Source: Coraliomargarita algicola
Lineage (GTDB): Bacteria; Verrucomicrobiota; Verrucomicrobiia; Opitutales; Coraliomargaritaceae
Assembly: GCF_033878955.1 (NCBI RefSeq)
Contig: NZ_CP138858.1
Coordinates: 2,556,803-2,620,802 of the forward strand
Direction of reading: 5' to 3'
Length of the DNA: 64,000 nt
Shown here: piece by piece, positions 42,450-54,503 of the stretch
Layout: the number at the start of each line of letters is the position of its first letter
How positions within the stretch are numbered: the stretch's first letter is position 1
Made by a program: the position numbers and the translations under genes
Notes under the pieces: model-generated
The model's input: only the letters and a program-made list of their open reading frames with translations
Database searches by the model: none
Told to the model about the DNA's origin: nothing

Positions 42450-43256
42450 ATGCCAATTCGTATCGCATTTATCGGAGCCGGCCGCATGGCCTCAGCCATC
42501 GTCCGCGGCCTCCTCGAAAAAGAACATTACGCCCCCGAAGAAATCGCCTGCACATGTGGCGATGACCCAACCGGCCCCGCACTCGCGGAGGCCACCGGCA
42601 TTCAGTTTCTAAAAGATATCACGCCCGCACTCTACGAAACAGAGGCCGTCGTGCTTGCATGTAAGCCACAACAGTTCGCCGCCATCAGCCCCGAACTCGC
42701 CGAAGCGGCTCGCGGCAAACTCATACTCTCCATCCTCGCGGGCACACCACTCGTGCGCTTGAGCGAGAAATTCGCCCACGCCCGCAACATCGTGCGCACT
42801 ATGCCCAACACGCCCGGCCAAATCGGCGCAGGCGTGACAGCCTTTGCCCCCCTGCGTGAACTTTCAGACAAAGACAACGGCATCGTGGAGAACACCCTCA
42901 GCTCTTTGGGTAATTTTCACGAAGTCGATGAAGTCGACCTCGACGCCGTCACCGCACTCAGTGGCAGTGGCCCCGCCTATGTCTTCGAGTTTGCTGCCGC
43001 ACTACGCGAAGCAGGCGTCAGCTGCGGTCTGGACGAAGGGCTGGCCGACGCACTCGCCATCGACACCCTACTCGGTGCCGCCATGCTGCTGGCCGAAAGC
43101 GAAGAGACACCCGAAGCTCTGCGCAACGCGGTCACCTCCCCCGGTGGCACCACCGCCGCCGCCCTCAAAGTCTTTCAAGAAGGCGACTTTCGCGGTCTAG
43201 TCGAGCGCGCCCTGGCCGCAGCCAAAGCACGCTCACTCGAACTCGCCGCCGAATAG
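42450..43256 (+). CDS. proC: pyrroline-5-carboxylate reductase
   Basis: IAFIGAGRMA Rossmann motif and a ProC-like C-terminus. Confidence 0.9.
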   Translation: MPIRIAFIGAGRMASAIVRGLLEKEHYAPEEIACTCGDDPTGPALAEATGIQFLKDITPALYETEAVVLACKPQQFAAISPELAEAARGKLILSILAGTPLVRLSEKFAHARNIVRTMPNTPGQIGAGVTAFAPLRELSDKDNGIVENTLSSLGNFHEVDEVDLDAVTALSGSGPAYVFEFAAALREAGVSCGLDEGLADALAIDTLLGAAMLLAESEETPEALRNAVTSPGGTTAAALKVFQEGDFRGLVERALAAAKARSLELAAE

Positions 43257-43276
43257 TCGCGAAATAGCAGCAGAGC

Positions 43277-43891
43277 CTAGTATTTCACACTGCAGCCATA
43301 CGGCACTGTCGTCGCGTCTTCGATCGGCTCCCCGGCCTTGGCACTGGCATAGGCCGCCTTCACATAATTTTTGGCCTTGGCGATATCACTTTGACGAGCC
43401 GACTTGATGCTATCAATCGCCCCTTGGTAAAGCAAAGTGCCCTCCGGATCGATTAAAAACATATGGGGAGTGGTACGCGCGCCATATTGACGCCCCACCG
43501 CACCGGAAGGGTCCAGCAACATCGCAGTGGAATGCATCCCCTCGGACTCACGTAATGCTTCGCCCTCAGCAGGAGTCACATAGCCCTGCTTGCCCTCTGC
43601 CGAAGAAACGATTTGCAACCAGACCACGCCATCTTCCGTCATCGACTTTTGCAAGGCCTGCATATCGCCCTCGCCATAGTGCTTCATCACAAACGGACAA
43701 TAGCGGTTCGTCCACTCTAGGACCACATATTTGCCCGCAAAATCCGACAAGCTGTGCGTCGCGCCCACCGTATCGGTCAGCGTAAAATCAGGAGCTTTCG
43801 CGCCCGTCTCAACGCTCGCAGACAAAGAGGATACAAAAACGAAAGAAGTCGCCAAGAGAACAGATAGATAGTTTTTCATAATATGATTCAA
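43277..43891 (-). CDS. secreted thioredoxin-fold (redoxin/AhpC-TSA-like) protein
   Basis: Signal peptide with an overall thioredoxin-like pattern around the single Cys. Confidence 0.4.
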   Translation of the reverse strand: MNHIMKNYLSVLLATSFVFVSSLSASVETGAKAPDFTLTDTVGATHSLSDFAGKYVVLEWTNRYCPFVMKHYGEGDMQALQKSMTEDGVVWLQIVSSAEGKQGYVTPAEGEALRESEGMHSTAMLLDPSGAVGRQYGARTTPHMFLIDPEGTLLYQGAIDSIKSARQSDIAKAKNYVKAAYASAKAGEPIEDATTVPYGCSVKY

Positions 43892-44044
43892 TTTTGTTGG
43901 TAATAAGTGAGAGTCAGCAAAGAGACTTTATTCCTAGCTAATTTCAAGTTGCCAGTAGAGATTCTAAAAAGCCTTGAGCACGCACCTAATTTAAGATTAA
44001 AAAGCCCGTAGAACAGCGTCCACTGACACAAACCAAGATCACCT

Positions 44045-45256
44045 ATGAATGCACTCATCTACAGTAACGAATATCCACCCTACAATTATGGCGGCGCAGG
44101 AGTGCATGTTGAATATCTAACCAAGGAACTCGCCAAACTACCCGATGTGGACGTCGATGTGCGCGCTTTTGGCGATCAAGAACAGAGCGGCTACCCGCTC
44201 AAGGTAAAAGGCTATCCCGTCGACACCAGTCAGTATGGTGCGCCCAAGCACTTACACTCCATCTTCGGCAGCTCCCAGCGAGCCATCACTTACAACGCCG
44301 ACGGCAACGAGGCCGACGTTGTACACTGCCACACCTGGTATACTCACCTAGCCGGCATCATGACTAAGATGAACTACGGCATCCCGCTCGTCATCACCGG
44401 CCACTCTTTGGAACCCCTCCGCCCCTGGAAACGCGAGCAACTCAAAGGCGGTTACGACTTTAGCAGCTGGGTCGAAAAGACCGCACTTGAAATGGCCGAC
44501 GCCGTGGTCGCCGTATCTGAAGGCACCAAGACCGACATCCTCAAACACTTCAATGTAGCTCCCGAAAAAGTGCATGTGATTTATAACGGCATCGACACTG
44601 AAGAATACAAGCCCGTCGATCCCAGCCCTGCGCTGTCCAAGTTCAACATTCCCAATGACAAGCCGTACGTACTCTTCGTCGGCCGCATCACACGCCAAAA
44701 GGGCATCATCCACCTAGTCGAAGCGATCAAGTACATGAACGACAATTATAATGTCGTGCTCTGCGCCGGCGCGCCCGACACCGAGGAGATCGCCGCCGAG
44801 ATGAAAGCCGCTGTCGCCGCAGCCAGCCAAGAGCGCGATGGCATTTATTGGGTCGACGAAATGGTCAATAAGACCGACATCATTCAGCTCTACTCCGGAG
44901 CCGCCGTCTTCTGCTGCCCGTCCATCTATGAGCCCTTCGGCATTATCAATCTCGAAGCCATGGCCTGTGAAACCCCCGTTGTCGGCTCCGCCGTAGGCGG
45001 CATCCCCGAAGTCGTCGTCCACGACGAAACCGGCTTCCTGGTCCCCGTCGCGCAACAACACGAGAGCCCCTTCGCGCCACTCCATCCCACCGCATACGCC
45101 AAGGACCTGGCACATCAAGTCAACCGCTTGATGGACGATCCCGCAAAACGCGAACGCTTCGCCAAAGCCGGCCGCAAACGCGCCGTCGAACAATTCAGCT
45201 GGACCAGCATCGCCCAACAAACGCGCGACCTCTACGTCTCCCTACAAAAATCTTAA
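44045..45256 (+). CDS. GT4 glycosyltransferase, GlgM-like (alpha-maltose-1-phosphate synthase / glycogen synthase-like)
   Basis: N-terminal YPPYNYGGAGVHV and a GT4 C-terminal domain. Immediately upstream of glgE. Confidence 0.55.
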   Translation: MNALIYSNEYPPYNYGGAGVHVEYLTKELAKLPDVDVDVRAFGDQEQSGYPLKVKGYPVDTSQYGAPKHLHSIFGSSQRAITYNADGNEADVVHCHTWYTHLAGIMTKMNYGIPLVITGHSLEPLRPWKREQLKGGYDFSSWVEKTALEMADAVVAVSEGTKTDILKHFNVAPEKVHVIYNGIDTEEYKPVDPSPALSKFNIPNDKPYVLFVGRITRQKGIIHLVEAIKYMNDNYNVVLCAGAPDTEEIAAEMKAAVAAASQERDGIYWVDEMVNKTDIIQLYSGAAVFCCPSIYEPFGIINLEAMACETPVVGSAVGGIPEVVVHDETGFLVPVAQQHESPFAPLHPTAYAKDLAHQVNRLMDDPAKRERFAKAGRKRAVEQFSWTSIAQQTRDLYVSLQKS

Positions 45257-45295
45257 TTCTTCTTTCCTAATTCCTCTTTCCTAATTCTCCCCAAA

Positions 45296-47263
45296 ATGTC
45301 TCTCTTAGCTAAAACCGCAGGCACTCGCCGTGTCGTCATCGATCACGTCACCCCGTCAATCGACGGCGGACGCAACCCCTTCAAACGGGTCATCGGCGAT
45401 TGGATCCCTTTCCAAGCCTATGCCTTTGCCGATTCACACGACCTCTTACAAGTCGAACTACGTATTCGCAAGGTAGATACAAATGACTGGCAAGTGCTCC
45501 CCATGGCAGCATTGGGCAACGACGAGTTTGAGACCACCTACCGCACCGACAGCATCGGCCTCTTCGAATATGAAGTCGCTGGCGTGATCGACCACTACGG
45601 CAGCTGGTATGAAGGCTTTAAGAAAAAGCACCAAGAAGGCGTCCCCCTCGACTTGGAATGCCGCATCGGCGCCGAACTGCTCGAACACGCAGCCGACCGC
45701 GCCAGCGAATACCACGCCGAACAACTACGCGAATGGGCCGCTCACCTCGCCGATTCCAGTGCCGACATCGAGACGCGCATCAGCCTAGCCTATAGCCGCC
45801 ATGTGGCCGACATCGCCCGCAGCTACCCCCAGCGCGCATGGGAGACCACCAGCCCCCGCTCCCTGATGCTGATCGAGCGCGAACTTGCCGCCTTCAGCGC
45901 TTGGTATGAATATTTCCCACGCTCCTGCTTCTACGATGGCGTCACCCATGGCAGTTTCAAAGACGCCGCCAAACGCCTACCCCAGATCCACGAGATGGGC
46001 TTCAACATCGTATACTTCCCACCGATCCATCCAATCGGTCGCGAGTTTCGTAAAGGCAAAAACAACACCCTCACTCCCGGCCCCGACGACGTGGGCAGCC
46101 CATGGGCAGTCGGCGCAGCCGAAGGCGGCCACAAATCCATCCTCCCCGAGTTAGGCACCCTCGAAGACTTTAAACACTTCCTCGACGAAGCCGAAATGCG
46201 CGGCATGGAGGTTGCCCTCGACATCGCCTTCCAATGCGCGCCCGATCACCCCTGGGTCAAAGAACACCCACAATGGTTCCGCTGGCGCCCGGACGGCACC
46301 GTGCAATACGCCGAAAATCCGCCCAAGAAATACCAGGACATCCTGCCCATCAACTTCGAGTCCGACGACTGGGAAAACCTCTGGGACGAGCTCAAAAGCG
46401 TCTTCGAATATTGGATCGAGCAAGGCGTCAAAGTGTTCCGCGTCGACAACCCACACACCAAGTCGATGGAGTTCTGGCGCTGGTGCATCCTCAATATCAA
46501 GGCGCAGCACCCCGAAGTCATCTTCCTCGCCGAAGCCTTCACCCGTCCCAAGCGCAAATACTTCCTGGCCAAAGGCGGCTTCACCCACGGCTACACCTAT
46601 TTCACCTGGCGCAACACCGCAGCCGAGCTGCAGCAATACGTTGAAGAGCTCACGCAGGGCGACTCCAAGGATTACTTCTGGCCCAACTTCTGGCCCAATA
46701 CGCCCGACATTCTACACGCCGACCTGCAAACCGGCAACCGCGCCACCTTCATCGGTCGCTACATACTCGCGGCCACACTCTCTTCCAACGTCGGTATCTA
46801 TGGACCCGCCTACGAGCTACTCGACCATGAGCCCTATCCCGGCAAAGAGGAAAACAATCACAGCGAGAAGTATCAGCTCAAGGCCTGGGACCTCGACAAG
46901 CCCGGCAATATTCGCGCCGAAATCAGCCGTGTAAATGCCATTCGCAACAACCACGAAGCCTTCCAGCGCACCTTTAATGTGCAGTTCATCCCCTGCACCA
47001 ACACTCACATTATCGCCTACTTAAAGCAGAACTTCGAAAAGACTGACCGCTTCATCGTGGTGGTCAACATGGACTGGGAAAACAAACAAGTCGGCAGCCT
47101 CGACCTCAGCGGCGCAGCCCTGGGCCTCGCCGCAGGAGCCAGCCTACGCCTCGTCGATCAATTCGCCGCAGCCCCCAAGGAATATCTGTGGCACGACAGC
47201 TTCCCCTACCTGGAGCTCAACCCACACACCTGTCCTGCGCATATTTTCCAGATTATCGATTAA
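45296..47263 (+). CDS. glgE: alpha-1,4-glucan:maltose-1-phosphate maltosyltransferase
   Basis: GH13_3 and colinear with GlgE. Confidence 0.85.
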   Translation: MSLLAKTAGTRRVVIDHVTPSIDGGRNPFKRVIGDWIPFQAYAFADSHDLLQVELRIRKVDTNDWQVLPMAALGNDEFETTYRTDSIGLFEYEVAGVIDHYGSWYEGFKKKHQEGVPLDLECRIGAELLEHAADRASEYHAEQLREWAAHLADSSADIETRISLAYSRHVADIARSYPQRAWETTSPRSLMLIERELAAFSAWYEYFPRSCFYDGVTHGSFKDAAKRLPQIHEMGFNIVYFPPIHPIGREFRKGKNNTLTPGPDDVGSPWAVGAAEGGHKSILPELGTLEDFKHFLDEAEMRGMEVALDIAFQCAPDHPWVKEHPQWFRWRPDGTVQYAENPPKKYQDILPINFESDDWENLWDELKSVFEYWIEQGVKVFRVDNPHTKSMEFWRWCILNIKAQHPEVIFLAEAFTRPKRKYFLAKGGFTHGYTYFTWRNTAAELQQYVEELTQGDSKDYFWPNFWPNTPDILHADLQTGNRATFIGRYILAATLSSNVGIYGPAYELLDHEPYPGKEENNHSEKYQLKAWDLDKPGNIRAEISRVNAIRNNHEAFQRTFNVQFIPCTNTHIIAYLKQNFEKTDRFIVVVNMDWENKQVGSLDLSGAALGLAAGASLRLVDQFAAAPKEYLWHDSFPYLELNPHTCPAHIFQIID

Positions 47264-47343
47264 GCAATTCCGATCTTTCAAATATTGTGTGATGCAAAAT
47301 CCCCCGGCTCCGTAAGAAAGCATTCCATTGCCTACGCGTCGAC

Positions 47344-47597
47344 ATGCCCCTGGGATTGACATCTATAACCACACGAAAGCTGCCCGAGCATACCAACGTC
47401 GTTTCTGAGCTAATGCGTCCAGCGCCCGTGCCCAGAGTATTGCAATAGCTCGCGTCCAAGCTGGACTCGGTATTGGCGAACTCGACTTGCTAGTCGCGGC
47501 CCTCTCGGCAGAACAAGGCGTAGCCATCGCCACACGGAATGTTAGCGACTTCGAGCAAACTGGCATTCAAGTAATCAATCCGTGCGCTGAAGCCTAA
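47344..47597 (+). pseudogene. degraded vapC (PIN-domain toxin) remnant
   Basis: The N-fragment ...HTNVVSELMRPAPVPRVLQ* matches the VapC N-terminus DTNVISELMRPxP. The C-fragment, in another frame, reads ...GELDLLVAALSAEQGVAIATRNVSDFEQTGIQVINP. The middle ~50 aa are missing and no antitoxin is present. Confidence 0.45.
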
Positions 47598-47713
47598 CAG
47601 CAGCACTTAGTGCACGCTGCGGATGGGATCATCCGCCCTCCCAAGGACGCATTTTCGACTGTGAATAGCTTCTGCTTGCATTGAAGATAAGGGGGCGCAA
47701 TCTCCCCCTTCCC

Positions 47714-50700
47714 ATGCCAGAGAAAGATACTGAATTCGTCCACCTTCACGTCCATACAGATCACAGTCTGCTGGATGGTTGTAGCCGGACGGATCGACTG
47801 TGCGCACGTGCCGCCGAACTGGGGATGAAGGCCCTCTCGATCACCGACCACGGTGTGCTCTATGGTCTGACCAGTTTTTTTAAACAAGCAGAAAAGCATG
47901 GGATCAAGCCGCTGCTAGGCTGCGAAGTCTACCTCGTCTACGAAGATCAACTGGCCACCGTCAACGAAGAGCGCGCCAAACAAAAGTCCCGCCACATGGG
48001 GCTACTCGCACGCAATTTCACGGGTTACCAGAATCTGTGCAAAATCGTATCCAAGGCGCATACGCAAGGCTTCTACCGCAACCCGCGCACCGACCTTAAA
48101 ACTCTGGCCGAACACAGCGAAGGCCTGATCGGCTTTTCCGGCTGCTTGGCTGCCGTCATTCCGCAGTATCTGCTCAAGGGCGAGTTCGAAGAAGCCCGCG
48201 CGGCGGCCGCCAAGTTTATCGATATTTTCGGCAAGGACTACTTCATCATCGAGATCATGGATCACGGGATCGAAGAACAGCGTCGCATCATACCGGGCCT
48301 ACTCAAAATTGCGGCTGAATTTGACCTCAAAGTCGTCGCCACCAATGATGTACACTACGTCAATAAAACCGATTGGGAGCCGCACGACTCACTGCTGTGT
48401 ATCCAAACCGGAGCGAAGATACGCGACGAGAAACGTATGCGCTATGATGCGCAACAGTTCTACCTAAAGTCGCGTGAAGAGATGGACCTCGCCTTCAAAG
48501 AAGTGCCTGAGTCCATCACCAACACTTCCGCCATCGCAGAGATGTGCGAGGTCAAACTCCCCTTCGGCGAAGACCACTATCCTGTTTACGAACGCCCCGC
48601 CGAAATCGAAAGTGGTAACGACCATGTCAATTTTGAGCGCGTGCTGGACATCTACGTCGCCAAGAAAAACGAAATTTTGGTGCGCGACGGCAAAGAGCCG
48701 ATCGAACTCTCGGAGGCCGAACGAATTAAGCACAAAAGCAACGGACTCTACCTGTTCGAGCTTTGTAAAATCGGCCTAAAGGAACGCTACGGCACCGACT
48801 ACGATGCCTGCCGGGCGGACTGGGAAAATGCCTCCGCCCAAGACAAGCGCTATTGCGAACAACTCGAATACGAGCTCGCCATTATCACCGGCACGGGCTT
48901 CGTAGATTACTTCCTGATCGTTTGGGACTTCATTGCCTGGGCACGCAAACAAGGTATCCCCGTCGGCCCTGGCCGTGGTTCGGGTGCAGGTTGTATTGTC
49001 GCCTACGTGCTGAAGATTACAGACATCGATCCTCTCAGTTTCGGCCTGCTATTCGAGCGGATGCTTAACTTGGAACGTGTCTCGCCACCTGACTTCGACG
49101 TCGACTTCTGTATGCGGCGACGCGATGAAGTGGTCAATTATGTGCGCGATAAATACGGCAAAGACCGCGTGGCCAATATCATTACCTTCGGCACCTTTGG
49201 AGCCAAAATGATCATTCGCGACTTGGCACGCGTCAACGATCTGGAGTTTGCCGAGGCCAACAAACTGGCCAAGATGATCCCCGACGAGCTGAACATTACG
49301 CTCGACGACTCTGTCAAGAAATCGCCGGAACTCGCGGCCGAGGTCAACCGAAACCCCGTCGCCCGATCCATCCTCGACCAAGGCCGCGTGATCGAGGGGA
49401 TGATTCGCAACACAGGTAAACATGCCTGTGGTGTGATCATCGCTGACCAAGACATTACCAATCTAATCCCCGTCACCCTGCAGGAAGGTGATTTGACCAC
49501 GCAGTATCCCAAGGGCCCCTCGGAAGACCTGGGCCTGCTCAAGATGGACTTCTTGGGCCTCAAGACATTGACGGTGATCTCCGATGCAGAGAAGAATGTA
49601 CGCATGACGCGTGACATGCCCGACTTCAACGTCGAGAAAGTCTCACTCAAAGACAAAGAAACCTTCGACCTGCTCAACTCCGGTCGCACCACCGCCGTCT
49701 TCCAATTGGAATCCGGTGGCATGCAGCAGCTCTGTCGTCAGATCGGCCTGAGCTCCTTCGAGGAGATTATCGCGTTGATCGCGCTCTATCGTCCTGGGCC
49801 GATGCAGTTCATACCGCAGTTCATCGAAGGTAAAAAAGATCCCTCTACGGTGCAGATTCCCCACCCTTTGCTAAAAGAGCTAGTGCAGGAAACTTACGGG
49901 GTATTGGTTTACCAAGAACAGGTGATGCAATCTGCACAGATCATCGCAGGCTATACACTAGGCGGTGCGGATATTTTGCGCCGCGCGATGGGTAAGAAGA
50001 TTAAGTCGGTGATGGATGAGCAAAAGGGCGTCTTCATCAAAGGCGCCAAGGAAACCAACAACATCGACCGTAAAACCGCCGAATCGATCTTTGCCTTGCT
50101 GGAGAAATTTGCCCAATACGGTTTTAATAAGTCGCACTCCGCAGCTTATGCGATGCTCAGTTATCGCACTGCGTATTTAAAAGCCAACTACCCGGTGGAG
50201 TTCATGGCGGCCGTGCTCACCTCCGAGCAAGGCAATGCGGACAAGCTATCCAATTTCCTCGCAGAGTGTAACGCGATGAACGTGCCGGTGCTCAGCCCGG
50301 ATGTAAATGAGTCCGGAGCGGACTTCACCCCAGTCATTGAAAAGGGCGAAGGTTGTATTCGTTTCGGTATGGCATCCATCAAAGGCGTCGGCGAAGGTGC
50401 CGCCAAAGTGATCATCGCCGAACGCGACGCCAATGGCACTTACAAAGATTTCACCGACTTCATCGTTCGCAACTCCGACAAAGCCGTCAATCGACGGGTG
50501 ATGGAAGCGCTGATCAAAACCGGTGGCTTCGACTCGCTGGGCGAGGACCGTGCCAGCCTACTCGATGGGCTCGACTCCGAACTCGCCGAAGCAGAAAGCG
50601 CCCGCAAAGATCGCGAAGCGGGCCAAAGCAGCCTCTTCGACATGCTCGGCGATGATAGTGGCGTGGCCGACGAAGACAAACCTGGCAGCAATCGACGCAC

Positions 50701-51412
50701 TGTCGAGGAGATGGGCATGACCGAAAAGCTCCGCTACGAAAAAGAACTGCTGGGCTTCTACATCTCCGGGCACCCCATGGATGCTTATGCCGCTCTCGAC
50801 GATGCCATCGACAGCTTTCGCCACCCCGACGACCTGTTTAACTTTGACGACCGCAGCAGCTTCCGTCTGTGCGGAATCGTCAGCAATTTACAGATCAAAT
50901 ACACGCGCAAAGACAGCAAGCAAATGGCAGTCTTCAATCTGGCCACTCGCAACCATAGCTTCGAGATGATCATGTTTCCCGATCCATATGCCAAGGAGGG
51001 GCACCGCTTGGAGGATGGAAAACTCGCATTGATCCATGGCATTATCGGTCGCCGCAATGGAGAGATGAGCCTGGCCGCGCATAACATCTTCGATCTAGAG
51101 GTCTCGATTCCGAAACTCATTCAACGCATTAATTTCATCCTCTACCCGAATAGCAAAGCCGTCGAATTCATCAACCTACTACGCGACACCATCGACGAGC
51201 AATACGGAGAGACGCGTGTGAATATCAGCTTCCTGGTCGAAGACCAAATCCTGGAGGCCCAAACGGCGCAATCACTCACCTTCACAATCACCGGCACTAA
51301 TTTCAAATCACTACGCCGCCACCCCGCCCTCGCCGGGGTGCGAATCGAAGCCATCGACTTGAAACCGATTGATGATCGCAAGCCGTGGGAAAAGCGAGGG
51401 AAGAAATTCTAG
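47714..51412 (+). CDS. dnaE: DNA polymerase III alpha subunit
   Basis: PHP domain ([13 protein letters not shown]) and a full-length DnaE. Confidence 0.95.
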   Translation: MPEKDTEFVHLHVHTDHSLLDGCSRTDRLCARAAELGMKALSITDHGVLYGLTSFFKQAEKHGIKPLLGCEVYLVYEDQLATVNEERAKQKSRHMGLLARNFTGYQNLCKIVSKAHTQGFYRNPRTDLKTLAEHSEGLIGFSGCLAAVIPQYLLKGEFEEARAAAAKFIDIFGKDYFIIEIMDHGIEEQRRIIPGLLKIAAEFDLKVVATNDVHYVNKTDWEPHDSLLCIQTGAKIRDEKRMRYDAQQFYLKSREEMDLAFKEVPESITNTSAIAEMCEVKLPFGEDHYPVYERPAEIESGNDHVNFERVLDIYVAKKNEILVRDGKEPIELSEAERIKHKSNGLYLFELCKIGLKERYGTDYDACRADWENASAQDKRYCEQLEYELAIITGTGFVDYFLIVWDFIAWARKQGIPVGPGRGSGAGCIVAYVLKITDIDPLSFGLLFERMLNLERVSPPDFDVDFCMRRRDEVVNYVRDKYGKDRVANIITFGTFGAKMIIRDLARVNDLEFAEANKLAKMIPDELNITLDDSVKKSPELAAEVNRNPVARSILDQGRVIEGMIRNTGKHACGVIIADQDITNLIPVTLQEGDLTTQYPKGPSEDLGLLKMDFLGLKTLTVISDAEKNVRMTRDMPDFNVEKVSLKDKETFDLLNSGRTTAVFQLESGGMQQLCRQIGLSSFEEIIALIALYRPGPMQFIPQFIEGKKDPSTVQIPHPLLKELVQETYGVLVYQEQVMQSAQIIAGYTLGGADILRRAMGKKIKSVMDEQKGVFIKGAKETNNIDRKTAESIFALLEKFAQYGFNKSHSAAYAMLSYRTAYLKANYPVEFMAAVLTSEQGNADKLSNFLAECNAMNVPVLSPDVNESGADFTPVIEKGEGCIRFGMASIKGVGEGAAKVIIAERDANGTYKDFTDFIVRNSDKAVNRRVMEALIKTGGFDSLGEDRASLLDGLDSELAEAESARKDREAGQSSLFDMLGDDSGVADEDKPGSNRRTVEEMGMTEKLRYEKELLGFYISGHPMDAYAALDDAIDSFRHPDDLFNFDDRSSFRLCGIVSNLQIKYTRKDSKQMAVFNLATRNHSFEMIMFPDPYAKEGHRLEDGKLALIHGIIGRRNGEMSLAAHNIFDLEVSIPKLIQRINFILYPNSKAVEFINLLRDTIDEQYGETRVNISFLVEDQILEAQTAQSLTFTITGTNFKSLRRHPALAGVRIEAIDLKPIDDRKPWEKRGKKF

Positions 51413-52575
51413 GACTGTGCCATACGAATCAATTTCGTCTCCGCATCATAGAAATAATCCGGGATCTCTTCAGACAAAGTCAGACGAATCGCCTCTTCAA
51501 TCACTGCTAGCGGTGCCACGAACCACTCTCGCGGCGTATGTCGTTTGCCTACGTCATCAAAAACATCGATTTCTAGGCAAGCTTTTGCAAAAAACTTATG
51601 CAGCAACAGTTCCAGCTTCTGCGGATTGAGGTTATAGCACTCAAAGCTAGTAACAATTCTAACTGGTGCCATCAAATATGTAGGATCATCTGCAGCGTTT
51701 TTAATGCGTTCTTCCACCGAGCCACGGCTGTAGCCGATTTTGTATAAATCCTTATTTTGCGCAATCTTCGGATTCTGGCTTCGAGACCTTAACACATAGA
51801 TAGTTCCAGTTTGCTGATCGGTATCCGTCAGGCCATCGAGTTCTTTGACCAAGCGATCTTCATGCTCAGTAATGCGACGCCCATCTTTATACAGTTCACG
51901 CGCCAGCGATCGTAGCAACATCGCAGACTCTGTCCCATTTTCAAAGATGCAGCGCATCCGCGCGTTGACCTTACCACCTTTAAGCTCTTTTTCACCGACT
52001 GCTGCGACGTAGGCCATGATGCCTTTGAGCACAAAAAACTGCCCAGTTTCGATCTGTTGCTCATTGGCAAAAGGTAACATCTGCCGCTTACCGCTTCTCA
52101 AGTCTTGATGACAATTTTTAAACAGTGGCTCAAAGCGATCAAAGTCTTCGCATGCTTCACGCTGCGCGATGTAGTCGGGCATCTCAATCTGACTTCGGAC
52201 ATGCTTCAGGTTGAAGATGTCTACCTCGGGCGCAGGATCATCTAAAAGCCCAAGGTCGTCATCGTTATAAATATCTTCCATCGATGCGGGTGGTTCCAGT
52301 GTCGCGAGCAGACCAAATTCATCGAAGTTCTGTAGCAGCTGCAACTTTGCTTCGTCTTTGCGCAGTGCACTGAGGCTCATCGCCAATTGCGCTTCTTGCA
52401 TATTTGATGGATTCACTTCGGGCTCACGCGCATGTAAGCGATAAAACTCGGTGATCTGGTGAAATTTATCGATCAAGCGCTCTTCTGCACTTTGCGCGGT
52501 CGACTGCACTGGCTTCACATCCAGCAAGCCGAGATCATCATCCGCGATCAATTGTTTTAGTTGCTCGGCATCCAT
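51409..52575 (-). CDS. T5orf172 / GIY-YIG-like domain protein (YeeC-like)
   Basis: C-terminal TIYVLRSR...[16 protein letters not shown]...LHKFF...EWF resembles T5orf172. Size is close to the B. subtilis YeeC-type protein. Confidence 0.55.
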   Translation of the reverse strand: MDAEQLKQLIADDDLGLLDVKPVQSTAQSAEERLIDKFHQITEFYRLHAREPEVNPSNMQEAQLAMSLSALRKDEAKLQLLQNFDEFGLLATLEPPASMEDIYNDDDLGLLDDPAPEVDIFNLKHVRSQIEMPDYIAQREACEDFDRFEPLFKNCHQDLRSGKRQMLPFANEQQIETGQFFVLKGIMAYVAAVGEKELKGGKVNARMRCIFENGTESAMLLRSLARELYKDGRRITEHEDRLVKELDGLTDTDQQTGTIYVLRSRSQNPKIAQNKDLYKIGYSRGSVEERIKNAADDPTYLMAPVRIVTSFECYNLNPQKLELLLHKFFAKACLEIDVFDDVGKRHTPREWFVAPLAVIEEAIRLTLSEEIPDYFYDAETKLIRMAQS

Positions 52576-52577
52576 GC

Positions 52578-54497
52578 TTAAAGTCCCTGCTGCTTGCGTT
52601 GCTGCTTAATAAACACTAATGCCTCGGCCATCCGCTTTTCCTGTCCATCATAGGCAGTCAAGGAAGGTGGACGCCCATGCGTCTTCACAAAGGCTTTGAT
52701 TTTAGGCCACAACAGTAGCGCTTCCGCTTCGGTCATTTGCAAACGAGTGGTCGCGATGCAGTCCATGATCGCCTTCAGCACGGGGGGCGTCACCTGCTTG
52801 GAAAGGATCTCAAAGGCTTTCTGGAAGGGGTTGATGGAATCGATCAAGTCGATGTTGAGCTCATCGATATTGATAAACTGGTTCGCCATGCGGATGATAC
52901 GGCGATCGCCGCCATCTTCCATCACCGCGCCCACCATGACAGAGTCCACCACAACATGCTGACGCAATTCCTCACATTCACGCTCATCGAGGTCGGGGTA
53001 TTTCTTTTGAATGATCTTTGGAATCAAGACCTTATTGATCACCTCGGGGTCGACATCGCCCGGCATGGCTTTTTGCATCGAACGATCTTGTAAAATCGTC
53101 GCCTTTAAATCGTTGAGGTCGGATTCGATGATGTCCTTCACGCGTTGTGAGCTGGGCTCCTTAAATCCTCGGATCTTCAGTTCCCCAGGCGCGTTGACCT
53201 CATCCTCTGAAACACGGGTTTTAAACTTAAAATGGGGCGCTAGCACTTGCTCCATCAACAAGGAACATGTGATCGCCTTGAGCATATTATTCACCGCAAA
53301 GCTGACCTCGTCGTCACCTGCATCGGGCTGTGCGATCAGATTAGTAAACTGCGCGTGCGTCTTGTTCGTGCTATCACGAGTGCAGCGCCCGATGATCTGC
53401 ACCACTTCCGTCAAAGAGCCGCGATAGCCGACCGTCAGAGCATGCTCGCAAAAGGGCCAGTCAAAGCCTTCTTTCGCCATGCCCAGCGCGATAATTAAGT
53501 CCATCTCTTCAGGCTGACGGATCTTGCGCAGATAATTCACCACTCGGTCGCGTTGCTCTTTAACGTCCCAGACCAAGTCGGCTACCTTGAGCTGCTTTTG
53601 ATCGCCATGCCGTTCGACCGTCATAATGCCCGTTTCTGGATCAGTATAAATGACACGCCCGATCATGCCGAGAATATGCCCGACCTCACCATGCTTGTCC
53701 TTGGTCGATTCGCCTGCGTTCGGACTTGGAATATGGAGAATCGTTTTCTTATCCGTATCCAGCACCTCCGCAATCGCCGAAGTATAACGGCCCTGATAAA
53801 AGTGATACCCGATCCCCAGCGATTTAAGGTGCTGGTAGCCGTTGAGCTGCTCATAATAATTATAGGTGACATGCCGGAACAGCGCTTCGTCCTCAGGTGC
53901 GAGCACGGGCACGCGATCTCCACGGAAGTAAGAGCCAGTCATCGCCACAATATGCGCACTGGACTTCGCCAGGACATCCCGCAGCACTTCTCCTAGCTGG
54001 TTGTCACTATCCGCAGAAACATGGTGAAACTCGTCAATCGCCAGTAGCACATTGTCAAAGGCGGACGTCTCGACTTCTTTAAATGCGTAGCGAAGGGTCG
54101 CGTGTGTGCACAGCAGCACAGAATCATAGCTAGTTAAAAACTCCCGAAACTGCCGCACTTTACCCGCATCCCCATCCGTCGCGCACAAGTCACAATGCGG
54201 CTCCAAGCTCCAATCATGCGGGAAGCCATAAGCCGACAAACGAGTCGACGCAAAGGACGCCGCGATCGATCGCTCTGGCACCGCCACGATGGTTTTACGC
54301 ACGCCCTGATGCTGCATCTTATCCAAGGCCAAAAACATCAAGGCCCGCGATTTACCCGAAGCAGGCGGCGCTTTGACTAACAAGTATTGCGCATCACGCT
54401 GGGCATACACCCGCGCCTGCATTTCGCGCATGCCGAAGGCATCGGTATTGGTGCTCTGGCCTGTCTGGCCGTAAGTGACTTCTACGAGGTTAGGCAT
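52578..54497 (-). CDS. SF2 DExH-box helicase (YeeB-like)
   Basis: Walker A APPASGKS and DExH motif AIDEFHHV. About 640 aa. Confidence 0.7.
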   Translation of the reverse strand: MPNLVEVTYGQTGQSTNTDAFGMREMQARVYAQRDAQYLLVKAPPASGKSRALMFLALDKMQHQGVRKTIVAVPERSIAASFASTRLSAYGFPHDWSLEPHCDLCATDGDAGKVRQFREFLTSYDSVLLCTHATLRYAFKEVETSAFDNVLLAIDEFHHVSADSDNQLGEVLRDVLAKSSAHIVAMTGSYFRGDRVPVLAPEDEALFRHVTYNYYEQLNGYQHLKSLGIGYHFYQGRYTSAIAEVLDTDKKTILHIPSPNAGESTKDKHGEVGHILGMIGRVIYTDPETGIMTVERHGDQKQLKVADLVWDVKEQRDRVVNYLRKIRQPEEMDLIIALGMAKEGFDWPFCEHALTVGYRGSLTEVVQIIGRCTRDSTNKTHAQFTNLIAQPDAGDDEVSFAVNNMLKAITCSLLMEQVLAPHFKFKTRVSEDEVNAPGELKIRGFKEPSSQRVKDIIESDLNDLKATILQDRSMQKAMPGDVDPEVINKVLIPKIIQKKYPDLDERECEELRQHVVVDSVMVGAVMEDGGDRRIIRMANQFINIDELNIDLIDSINPFQKAFEILSKQVTPPVLKAIMDCIATTRLQMTEAEALLLWPKIKAFVKTHGRPPSLTAYDGQEKRMAEALVFIKQQRKQQGL

Positions 54498-54503
54498 TAT
54501 AAA

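Noticed and set aside
46212-46934. 240-aa Ser/Pro/Thr-rich ORF inside glgE
   Set aside because: It is an alternative-frame artefact within a well-supported GH13 gene.
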